This document shows, in pieces, positions 53,737 through 64,000 of a stretch of DNA of 64,000 nucleotides. Location: NCBI GenBank assembly GCA_043228905.1, contig JBHGNT010000010.1, positions 3,534,001-3,598,000 of the forward strand, written 5' to 3'. The notes under the pieces are model-generated. The model saw only the letters and a list, made by a program, of their open reading frames with translations. It was not told where the DNA came from and did no database searches. This DNA is from Azolla caroliniana. Its lineage: Eukaryota > Plantae > Polypodiophyta. Position 1 is the first letter of the stretch. Every line of letters begins with the position of its first letter. The translations under genes were made by a program, and so were the position numbers.

Positions 53737-55484
53737 ACATTACATCCACTGCAGCTTGGTAATTTTTGCATCATTACATGAGAATAATCAGAATCAGATG
53801 CGCGACTTTCGTTGGCAGTTGCATGACTCTGGATCCATTTAAAACTGGTTATAACAAATTTTTTCCTCAATAATTGCTTTTTGGAGAAGTGAGGGTCATG
53901 AATATTATTTTGCTCATTTGGTTGATTTTCTATTAGAGTGTAAGGCCAGTTAATATGATGGATAGTTGTGGAAAGGCCGATTGGGGCTCAACTTTTCACC
54001 CCTATGATTGAATAACCTTTTTCTTCTCACATTTTAGTTGTCTGTAATAGAAATGCAATTATTCTGTAATACATACGGTGTTCAAATGTATAAGCTTTTG
54101 TTAAATGGGTGATGGTAGTCAGTTATATTGGTTGTAGCACGATGCACGAAGTTTGTTAACATGATAGTAATAGTCTGAGGTTTTAGGTTTAAAAGAAAAC
54201 CAGAGGATCTAAAAGTAAATGTCTTAATAATTCTTTCATCCAGATGGATTTATATACAGATGAATACATCTTAAATTTGTTGTAGATCTTATAGGTATGG
54301 GAAAGGAAGCCCACAGAGGCTAAGCTTAAAAGATATGCAAATTCCGAATTATTATTCATACGTGACATGGCCATGTCTGAAGATTCGCATCTGTATGCCC
54401 CTCTCTAGTGTGTTTATTGTTCATGATAAGTCATTTCAAGTTGTGACCAAGGTTATTGTTAGTGTCAATTATTTAGGTTGATAATTTAGTTTTAGGATGA
54501 CTTAGGAGATTAATGGAGATAATATTGTGATCATTATTTCATCATAATTGCCAGCCATCACAATCCCTTTTCTGTATAACGATCTAGTCCGGTAAAACAT
54601 TTATTTTAACAGAATAATAGTTGCAGTATGTCAAGTTGCAAAGGATGGCATAGATAGTTGTAGGTAGTTTATTCAGAACTCTTGATTGAGGTGTATCATA
54701 ATCTCAACCAAAACTCTAGAAGTAAAACTGAAGGGGGAGAATACTGTTCTATACTTGAATTGCAATGTCAACTGAAATTTGTAGTCAAGCATTCAAAAGT
54801 TTTGTTAGTGGATGATTATGTCAAATTGCCTCCCAAGTTAAGATAAACAATTTAAAGATGGAGATGCTATACCTAGTTGTTAGCTTAATTGTGTGCCAAG
54901 TAAAATTTTTGGTTTCAAGAAGTTCTTGCTAGTATCCATGCCATGAAATTAAGAACATAGATCTAGTGTTCATAAGTTTGGTGATACCTTTCGGTTGGGT
55001 AGATACTAAATCGAAATGATTTTACTATTGGCCAATAATTGAAACCTTCCCGAGAGGGCTTCCATGTATAAGAGATTGGTTTGATCCACGAGTTTCAGAA
55101 ACTGTTGGATTTGATTGGGTTGGCTTGGGGGTTCAATCATAAGTTTTCAACCAATCCGAATGTGCCACATCAACATGGGTTTTCCGTTTTCCATGGTGAT
55201 TCATGTCCATGAAAAGGTTGTGAAGAAAACCCGTTAGGTGCGAATGTTATATTGCGATCAATCAATCAATGATGATATTGTGGCTCGCATCGACACACAA
55301 TTTGGCGGGTTGCAACGGGTGGGGTTAAAAGCCTCGGATCGGACCACTGAAGGGCTGGTTTTTTGTGATTGTCAGGAGTCGGCTATCGGGTATGTCAGCC
55401 CACCATCGGGTATGTGCGCCTGCCATCGGTTAGTTATTGTTGAAGAAGAAAAGGGTTTTGTTTCTATTGTCTGAGATGCACATA

Positions 55485-55820
55485 ACAATCGGATCAAACC
55501 GAATCGTGAAACCGCGGCTTAACGGTTTCGTTTGGTTCGGTTCAAGTTTAGGTTTTTAAAAACGGTTCGGTTTGGTTTCAACAGCCAGAAACTGTGGTTT
55601 AAACGGTTTAACGGTTTTTTATTTCTATTTTTATTTTAAATTTAAAAAAATTTGTTTTTAAACAATCTTTTCATTTTTAGACCTTATTCTCACATTTTAG
55701 GAACATCTTTAAAATTTAAAAAATTTAAGATTTGACCTACGTTGGAAAACTGAAACCGAACCACGGTTCGGTTTGGACCCTCTCAAACCGAGCCGAACCG
55801 AACCGATTAATAACACACTA
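55485..55820. mobile_element. MITE-like element with AACCG/CGGTT subterminal repeats and an AT-rich core
   Basis: Clusters of AAACCG/CGGTT(C/T) at 55497-55615 and 55754-55806 surround an A/T core. The two ends are imperfectly inverted, and no TSD was resolved. Confidence 0.5.
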
Positions 55821-55914
55821 CACACTACACACTCAAGAAGAGTGTCTTTGTCTCAGAAGACTCTGATTTGAGGAACAGGGGAGCCTCCAGAAAGAACCTC
55901 TTCTCTGTTCATGG

Positions 55915-58887
55915 ATGCTGCCTCTTCCTCTCCTTCGATCATCCCATACAGAGCGGCCCATCGCCTCCGCCATTGAAGCTTCTCGCCACGCTACCTCCTC
56001 TCCTTCTTTCCAACTCAGGGAATCGCTCACCCCTTCTTCCCTTGCTACCCTCCTTCGCTCCTATGCCCACTCGGAGTCCCTTCAAGAAGGTAGAATCGCC
56101 CACCACCACATCTTCCTTCATCCCCACCCTCATACTCTACTTGGAAATCCTTTCCTTTTCAACGTTCTCCTCTATATGTATGGTCGATGCGGTGCCCTAC
56201 ACGACAGTGTTAAGCTGTTCTCTTCCGATTCATGCCCTCGCGACGTGTACTCGTGGAATTACGTCGTTACCTCATGCGTTCGTCATGGTCATCGATTGCT
56301 TGCTCGTAGTTTCTTTCATCAGATGATCCTTGAAGGTGTTCGTCCAGATATGCCTATCTATGCTGCTGTCTTCTCCACATTCTGTTTGTCTTCATCACTT
56401 GATGAAGGTAAATTTGTCAATCTATAAGGGCTGGATTTATCGTCCAGATATGCCTATCTCTGCTGCTGTCTTCCCCACATTCTGTTTGTCTTCATCACTG
56501 GATGAAGGTAAATTTGTCAATCTATAAGGGTTGGATTCATCTCTTGAGACTTTTCTTGTTCATATGTGTGTGTGTGTGTGTGTGTGTGTATGCTTGCTCA
56601 CGCAGAGCTTTTCCATGGTAGCATCCTCCTCTATGAGAAACTCAGAAATCTCCGTGACTTTGTGGCAATTCACCAAAAGCCTTTAATCACCCCCTCCAAA
56701 AGGAGATGCGTTGACCACATAATGTCTCAGATGGCACATATAATTGCTAAAAAGGTCGTGAGTTGACCTTATAATTGCTCAAACAGCAGATACAGTTGCT
56801 TTCATGTGGATTAACCAAGTGCATTTCAGGGAAATATCAAATACTTAGGGCACTTGGGAAATAAGGAAAAACCTGAAATGCATTTGGGGGTAATAAGGAA
56901 AACATGGGGCATTTGGGGAAAAGATAAACCCAGGTGTACTTAGCAGTTTTTTCTTTGAGTTTATTCTTTGAAACTACTTGTCTTCATTTGAAGTTCAGTT
57001 TTTAACTTGAAGGTTCTACCTTGGAACTGCTTTTATTGACATATGCTCTTAAGTTTCACAATGCTTGCATTTCACAACATTTGAATTGTATCTGTTGAAA
57101 GCGCGATTATTCATCTGTGGGTAGACTATCTGATGCATACATTAGCAAGATTTTCATTTATCTGTATCAATTTCTCTTATTCATCTGCAGGTAAGTTTTT
57201 CCATGCTTGCATCCTACAAGATTTGAATTTATCTGTATCAACTGCTCTTATGCATATGTATGGGAAATGTGGTTGCCTCAGTGAGGCATGGCTAGTGTTT
57301 CATAACATAGATGCCAAGGATGTAGTGGCTTGGAACTGTATTCTCTCAGTTTGTCGAGATGGCCAAGTGGAAGAAGTTATGGCTTTATATAAGCAAATGG
57401 AGCTTGAAGATGTTGTTCCGGATAAGGTTACCTTTATCGCGTTATTATCTATTTGTGCTTGTTCATTTGATGTGATCTCAGGTGAGAAATTCCATGGTTT
57501 AATTGTAAATAAAGGCTATGAAACTGACGTGAAGGTAGGAAATGCTATAGTTAACATGTATTCCAAATGTGGCAAATTAGAAGCTGCAACATCTGTTTTT
57601 GATAAATTGATCAGCAGAAATTTAATTTCGTGGAATGTGATACTAAAAGCCTATGCACAGGAATCTCGTGGGCCTAAGATAATCTTGCACTTGCTTGACC
57701 AAATGGGAAAGGAGGGATTCCATCTGAATAAAGTCACATTTTTAAGCATCATCTCTGGATGCCCTCTACAATACCTTTTCAAGGTATTTGAGACAATAAA
57801 TGAGGTCGATGTGGCAGTATGGAATGCTCTAATTTCATCCTGTATCTGCAACAGAGAGGATGAGAAAGGGCTTCAACTTTTTCACCAAATGCAAGAGGAA
57901 GGTTTTTTCCCAAATGAAGTCACCTTTATTAGTGTTGTTTCTGTGTATTCTTGTGAAGGAAGTCTTCTTGAAGGAAAACATAGACATGTGCAGATTGTAG
58001 GAAGTGGGTTAGACTTTGGTATATGTGTTTCAAATGCTCTGATGAGTATGTATCAGAAATGTAGCAGTTTAGAAGATGCTGAGAGGACATATTGGAACCT
58101 TTTTGAACGAAATCTAGTCTCCTTTACTACAATGATATCAGTGTTTATGCAGACTGGAAGGTGTTCAGATGCACTGGAATTGTTTTATCAGATGCAATGG
58201 GAAGGATTGCTCCCTGATGGATTTACTTATGCCAGCGCTCTTGATGCATGTGCTAGTCTTTTTGCGTTTTCCAAAGGAGTTGACATCCATTCTCAACTAC
58301 TGTCCAGAGGGTTTGATATCGATCTTGTTCTTAGGACGTCTCTTGTCAACATGTACAGTGAGTGTGGCAGCTTCAATGATGCAAGATGTGTTTTTGAACT
58401 TAAATTGAATGAGGAAAACAATGTGTCTTTCAATACAATGATTTCAGCATGTGCCCATCATGGTCAGGGAAATGAGGCCCTTTATTATTTCGAGGTAATG
58501 CAGAAAAAAGGTATTGTCCCCGATTCAAGTACTTTTGTGAGCATTTTATCTTCATGCAGCCATGCTGGTCTACTTGAGCAAGGTATCCGTCAGTTTTCTT
58601 TAATGCTGCATGGTTATCATGACATACCCAGGGCAGAGCATTATGATTGTTTGATTGACCTAGTTAGTAGAGCTGGTCAGTTGAATGAAGCTGAAGACTT
58701 GATTTTTAATGTGCACAAAGAGCCATCAATAGTATCATTCAGAACATTTCTCAGTGCCTGCCGGCATCAGACAGATGTAGAACGTGCAGAGCATATTGCA
58801 AAACAAGCTTTTGTTCTCGAGCCAGAGAATGATGGAGTTTGCTTAATGCTGGCAAACATGCGTTCTTGCAGTAATTTTGATGACTGA
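55915..58887 (+). CDS. PLS-class pentatricopeptide repeat protein with C-terminal E1-like motif, no DYW (~729 aa, 2 exons)
   Basis: Repeated P/L/S motifs (LLYMYGRCG, NAIVNMYSKCG, DVAVWNALIS, PNEVTFISV, FVSILSSCSHAGL, EHYDCLIDLVSRAGQL) and E1-like FLSACRHQTDVERAE...LEPEND. Exon 1 55915-56407 (GAAG|GTAAAT) joins in frame to exon 2 57191-58887 (CTGCAG|G), 2190 nt in total. Confidence 0.9.
56341..56540. repeat. 100-bp tandem duplication spanning the PPR exon 1 donor site
   Basis: 56341-56440 and 56441-56540 differ at about 5 positions. Confidence 0.95.
57049..57261. repeat. Three ~71-bp diverged tandem copies spanning the PPR intron 3' end and exon 2 start
   Basis: ATGC(T/A)T(G/A)CAT...CAA(G/C)ATTT..ATT(G/T)TATCTGT...TTAT(T/G)CAT(C/A)TG anchors at 57061, 57133 and 57203. 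Confidence 0.8.
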
Positions 58888-60953
58888 CATGACATAACTG
58901 ATAACTAGTAACAAGAAGATGTCTCAGCTGATTAGGAATGAGATCTGAACAATGAGGGTAGTAATAGACTTGGTTCCTGGATATAGATTTGTTTGGTAAT
59001 GACCAAAATAGTCTATGTTCTGAATGACTTCATATCTTCAGCATTGAAGCAATGCTGTTGAAAGGAAGATTTGCTTAATTCATTGCAGTCTCTTAGTAAG
59101 GTGGGCATAATTTTTGTGTGTTTTTTAGACCAACTCCATGTATAATTTTCTTGACAATCTCATTTGATTTTGCAGACATTGATATCTAACTTCCAATACT
59201 CATTGATAATGGGGATCTCTATCAACATTTTTTGCACGAACTGTGGTCAACTTGATGCCGGAGTAGCTGATATCTCACCTTAGGGACATGAGCAGACTTC
59301 TTTGCTAGCTCGTCAAGCAAATTCTTTGAAATTTTGGGTACTAAGTTATGATGATTATTTTGCCTAGTATCTTATCTACATTCAAGAGAGTGATTGTCAG
59401 GATTGAATTCTTTTATTGGTGACACTGTAGACATAAAGTGATCTCAATGGAAGGAACCCGGTTAGTTTCCTGATGTAATTCCCGCGGATGTCAATCACTC
59501 ACCTTCTTTTGGAGTGAATGCCTTGTTTGTTAAACCATTGCATTGATCACAATTGTATTGGTAGGTCACAATTGTAACATATAAAAAGTATATGCTGCAT
59601 ATTGCTCACTCTCTGGTATACTGGGGCTGAATTGAAGCAGTTGCCACACTCAATAATGATGCTCATCTTTGCTATTTGGGGTCTCCTATCATAGTTGCTC
59701 AAAATATCACTTTGGAATTCTAGATTAGCTACACAATTATTCTGCTGATACGAAAATATTTTGTATTTATGGATGGCCTAAGTAAAAACAGAGAAGCTCT
59801 GAACCTTCATAGAATTGGGTGCTTATTTGGCATGATGGACGATCCACTGATGTACCATAAGATGTTTTAAAGAGTGGGAAACAATTCCCCCAAGAAAAAT
59901 AATGAATAAATTACATTTTGAGAAGCATATGCAGTGTAGGTCAAGGGAACGTGTAAAATCTTCATAAATAAAGTTAGTTCAAATGTTCCCATCATTTCTT
60001 CACATCAATTTCAAAATCTATCAAGTTTTGTCAACATAAAGTCTTTCCTTTCGCCAATGTCTTTCTATATCATGTCAATCAACAATCAATAAAATTTCAA
60101 GGATCACATTGTTACCTACATATTGTATATGCAGGTAAAGAATAATTTGTTCTCAAATTTTCATTATCATTTTTGCAGTTCACAAACTTTCAGGTTACAT
60201 GGACTTAAAGTCATTCTTCCTACAATGTCTTTGATCTGTACGTAGTCTATCAAATTATTACGTACTCTTCCCATTCTTTTTGCAAGTTCCTCTGTAGGAA
60301 ACATTTTTCATCATTATAACATCACTAAGCTTTATTAGCTTACTGGTTGCTAGTTCAATGACTATAAGAATTCTTAATCTTTTTATTAGACATCTGTTTG
60401 TGTTGCACAAATACTTTTAACTTTGTTCTAAACTTCCTAAGAATGATACTGCATCATGAAGTCAAAGATATGCTAGGTATAGCCAAATATAATAGTTATC
60501 ATTTAGTCTGGTCTGCAAGAAAAGTCTAAATTTATTGTCCCTTTATTAACTTAAGCTCAATAACAAACCACACATCATTATGATGCATATGCATTGTGAA
60601 AACAAGATATAGAAACTGTATTACTCGAAAATGTTTACAGTTTTTCTGGCAGGGAAACTACTAAAGTCTACAAAATCTATGATGCTGAATTGAAGCAAAT
60701 TGTAAATAGTGGTACAATCAGTCCAAAAGTTGGATTCACTGGTACTTGGTGGCAGGGGAATCTCCATCAATAAGTGGCTCTCTGATTTCTTGTAATTTTT
60801 GGCATGATATGGATCCGATACTCATTCATTCATCATCATAATCGACTGAATGGTGAGGGAGATGAATCTACAATTCATTCTTCATAATCTACTAAAAGGC
60901 TAGGGATTTGCATCCAGCAATCATTCGTTCATTTATCACACTCTATTAAAAGA

Positions 60954-63053
60954 TTATGCTGACATAGAGCTCTCTGAGGATAACAGCCAAGCCTTAACAT
61001 CCTTGTTGCTTGCATTTAGGCGTCCAAATTTGCTTTCTCCAAAAGGTGCATTCATGCCTTGGAGAAGCTTCAAAATGAAGGTCTTCATCACATGAGAAGA
61101 GTCACCATCATCATCATGGGGGGCAACGAGAATACCCATACCAACTTCAATACTTAATGAAGAAGGAAGCTCCCCATCCTTCAACGCATCTCTTAAGCTA
61201 CTAATCCACCCACTTAAAGCTGCTCTTGCAGCACCAAATGATAACAACCTCAGCTTAAGTCTCCATTCTACAGTTGATCTATTCTGTAAATTTGGATAAA
61301 CTCCAAAAGATATAGCAATGGCTAACAATTCCCGAGCATAGCTATCAACCAATCCTTCTCTCGCATAACATAAATCTATCAATAAGTTACAGAAAGGCCT
61401 CCGGCAATCCTCTGAAGCCCCATTCAACATGGCTCGAATATCTTCTCTCATTTCTTCTATACTTAGCTCTTCTTTGGATAGGTTCTCAATCACCGTCTTT
61501 AGTTTAGGATATATTACACCAATCCTCTCAATGAGAGGCAATATCTCCTCTCCTTGTGCCTTCTGACACTGGACAAGGGCGTTAAGCATCACTCCCGCCA
61601 ACATATGGTCCATCGGCATACCTGTCTTTTTCACTTCATCAAATAACTCCACAACAAGCTTGAATTCCTTCTTTTTAGCATACCCTTGTATAAGACCCAT
61701 GTAAACAGGCAAATCTATCACTCGGCCCCGACTAACCATTTCCTTTGTTATCCTTCTAGCCTCTTCGACTTTCCCACCTTTCACATACATATCCACCAGA
61801 GTCCTCCATGTCCAATCATCAGGTCGACATCGTTTAGAATTTAAAAGCTCTTTGTATATTTTCTCTCCTTCATCTACCTTTCCTAGCTGTGCACATAGGC
61901 TAAGCAGTGAATTGTATACCACCGAGTCAACTACCCATCCTTCTTCGTTCATCCTCTCATATAGCTCGAATGCTTCACTACTATGCTTGCTCTTTGCAAA
62001 ACTCTTGAACATTAGGCTAAGTGTTACCGGAGAGGGTTTCAATCCAAACCCCAGCATATCATTGAAGACTCGTAAGGCTTGCATAGACCTACCTGCATTT
62101 CCAAGCAACGAGATTAAGGAATTGAAAGTGACCACATTTGGAACTATTCCTTCCTCTTGCATTTTCTTATAGACTTCCCACATCTGATCATAATCCTTTT
62201 GCAAACCATGCAATTTCATGATTTGAGAGTAGACTACTGAATCCCATGGTTGAATTTGCCGCTGCATTTCAGAGCACAGTTCTTCGGCTTCACGAATTCT
62301 ACCAGATTTCACATGTACATCGATAACAGAAGCAAAAGTAACGGAATCGGGTACACAACCCACATCTCGCATCTGAGAAAACCACTCTAGAGCTTCATCT
62401 GGCTTCTTGCATTGAATAGCAAAGCTAATAATAGTGGAATAAGTGATGTTGTTGAGTTCAATTCCGGATTCAACCATATCTTCTGCAATTTCTTTTCCAG
62501 TCTCCCATTTCCCTGCTTTTCTCAGTATTTTGAGCATGACATTGTAGACATATGCATTCAATTGAAATGACTTAGATCTGAGCCAATTGAAGAAGATCAA
62601 TGATCGGCGCCACCTTGTCTGAGCTTGAAGGATAGCAACCATATCCTTACAGGTGAGAAAGCCTACCTCATCATCAAGAACCTCGAGGTCAAGTTGGTCA
62701 GGATCGACAGTCTTTTCCAGGAGCATTAGGGTTTGGCGAACCGAAGGAGGAGGGGATTTCTTATTCGAGTTATTAGGGCTTTGAGAGTCGCGAGCTTTCC
62801 TGCGGCTCGGTGATGTCCAAGCATGAGAAGGAGGGGGGTTGTGAAGGAACTGTTTGGACAAAGGTTGGAGCTGATCGGCCAGATTGATCTTGACTGAGTT
62901 CTTCTTCTTCTGGAGAGGATTGATGGGTTTCTGAGAAGAAGGGATGGTGGATGGGGAAGGGGAAGGGGAAGGGGATGAAGTTGGAGGCGGTGGTGGAGAA
63001 GATGAAACAGAGGAAGAGAGGCATGAAGCTACTCCTCCTGTACTGGCTGCCAT
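60954..63053 (-). CDS. SOT1: P-class PPR protein with C-terminal SMR domain, plastid-transit-like N-terminus (SOT1/PPR53-like), 699 aa, intronless
   Basis: Single long ORF with a Ser/Pro-rich N-terminus and P-type repeats (YNVMLKILRK, NNITYSTII, PNVVTFNSLI, YNSLLSLCA). It has the RRPFCNLLIDLC linker and the SMR-like EWRLKLRLLSFGAARAAL..W...LPSSLSIEVGMG. The SOT1 subfamily call rests on recalled motif similarity, not a search. Confidence 0.88.
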   Translation of the reverse strand: MAASTGGVASCLSSSVSSSPPPPPTSSPSPSPSPSTIPSSQKPINPLQKKKNSVKINLADQLQPLSKQFLHNPPPSHAWTSPSRRKARDSQSPNNSNKKSPPPSVRQTLMLLEKTVDPDQLDLEVLDDEVGFLTCKDMVAILQAQTRWRRSLIFFNWLRSKSFQLNAYVYNVMLKILRKAGKWETGKEIAEDMVESGIELNNITYSTIISFAIQCKKPDEALEWFSQMRDVGCVPDSVTFASVIDVHVKSGRIREAEELCSEMQRQIQPWDSVVYSQIMKLHGLQKDYDQMWEVYKKMQEEGIVPNVVTFNSLISLLGNAGRSMQALRVFNDMLGFGLKPSPVTLSLMFKSFAKSKHSSEAFELYERMNEEGWVVDSVVYNSLLSLCAQLGKVDEGEKIYKELLNSKRCRPDDWTWRTLVDMYVKGGKVEEARRITKEMVSRGRVIDLPVYMGLIQGYAKKKEFKLVVELFDEVKKTGMPMDHMLAGVMLNALVQCQKAQGEEILPLIERIGVIYPKLKTVIENLSKEELSIEEMREDIRAMLNGASEDCRRPFCNLLIDLCYAREGLVDSYARELLAIAISFGVYPNLQNRSTVEWRLKLRLLSFGAARAALSGWISSLRDALKDGELPSSLSIEVGMGILVAPHDDDGDSSHVMKTFILKLLQGMNAPFGESKFGRLNASNKDVKAWLLSSESSMSA

Positions 63054-63790
63054 GGCTATGGCTATGGCTATGGCTATGGCTATGGCAAAAGCTTGAAGAC
63101 TTTGCCTTATCTCCTACTGTGTGAGGCCATTTGTATGGCCTTCCCAACGTGTTCACACTTGTCCGGACAAACGAAGCCGGACACATTCGGGAAATATTTG
63201 GGTTTCTCAGGGAGTTTGTGTCGATGGGACGAAATGCTTGTGGGAAACAGAAGCTCCGGCCTGTTTTGTTGTGCTCTCTGTGAATGAAACCCTAACATCT
63301 CCCTGCGTCCTTCTACAGGACATGGACCGGAGCACAAACTGCTTACTAACACATATGTACGGAATGGAAGAGCTTCGTGTGGACAACACTGAATTGATCA
63401 TCACGAAGTGTAGATGTGAAGGTCCTACTCGAACTATGAGGGCGGAGAGGATATGCAAATCCCTTGGACATGGGTGCAACGAGATGGTGATAAGCAGATT
63501 TGAAATTGAATGAACAAATTGAGTTGATGGAAAGAAATGGACGAGTGGGTGATTCTCAATTGAGGGATTGAGAGGAACTAGAGGGGTTTGTTGGCATGGA
63601 AACCATACTTCCCAAAAAAAAACATTGAGATCTTACTCCAAAGCCGCACGAATCATTTCTTGAACTTTGATAAGCACCATCAGTTCGCATCTTAAAGGCC
63701 ATTAATATCTCCATTATCCTTTTAACTTAATTCCCAGTTTTGTTTTATCATTTTAATTCACAACCTTTTAGGACAAGTATGAGCTAGTTA

Positions 63791-64000
63791 TGTTACGAGC
63801 ATGACCATAAATTATCCCGTGGTAAGATTGTATCGTAGTATTCTATACATGTGGATAAAGTGTGAGGTTTAAACGAAAGTGTAAAGGGATGATTACTTTT
63901 AATCCTAGGAATTGAGACAATCCATAAGGGCGAAATGTGAACTTGCCTAGGGACTTTAGGTCTGGCTATAAATATGAGGCCTAGCTACCCTCATTTGACA
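63791..64000 (+). mobile_element. Possible start of an LTR truncated by the window edge
   Basis: TGTTACG start and a CTATAAATA box at ~63966 followed by CCCTCATTTG, a typical plant LTR layout. The partner LTR is not visible. Confidence 0.3.

Noticed and set aside
57133-57190. ORF-track start MHTLARF... as the N-terminus of a separate 584-aa PPR gene
   Set aside because: This stretch is a pyrimidine tract plus CAG acceptor, and the upstream PPR exon 55915-56407 joins in frame.
61852-62172. Antisense ORFs over PPR-SMR and other genes
   Set aside because: They are shadow ORFs of real coding sequence on the opposite strand.

Overview
AT-rich, intron-rich land-plant nuclear DNA, not prokaryotic. 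The gene and transposon content suggests a seed-free plant such as a fern, but this is an inference. Five apparently intact genes are present: a 42-exon callose synthase (minus, 17707-30055), a 12-exon ARABIDILLO-type F-box/LRR/ARM gene (plus, 36985-46698), a 7-exon mitochondrial cytochrome c1 (plus, 50213-53736), a 2-exon PLS-class PPR gene ending in an E1-like motif (plus, 55915-58887) and an intronless SOT1-like PPR-SMR gene (minus, 60954-63053). The first 17 kb is mostly transposon debris. It includes a full-length but decayed Ty3/Gypsy chromovirus (9570-15311, two ~448-bp LTRs, ATAAG target-site duplication), an RTE-like LINE reverse-transcriptase remnant and a second Gypsy remnant. I found no clearly new multi-gene system. 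The most notable observations are: (1) the single PPR intron appears to be built from tandem copies of the gene's own coding sequence, i.e. a visible intron-gain event; (2) the chromovirus has no tRNA primer site but a 12-nt PBS complementary to its own predicted transcript 5' end (Tf1-type self-priming); (3) two exons start with a full donor consensus right after the acceptor (CAG|GTAAG); (4) tandem duplications repeatedly straddle splice sites. All exon structures were read by eye and need RNA-seq confirmation.
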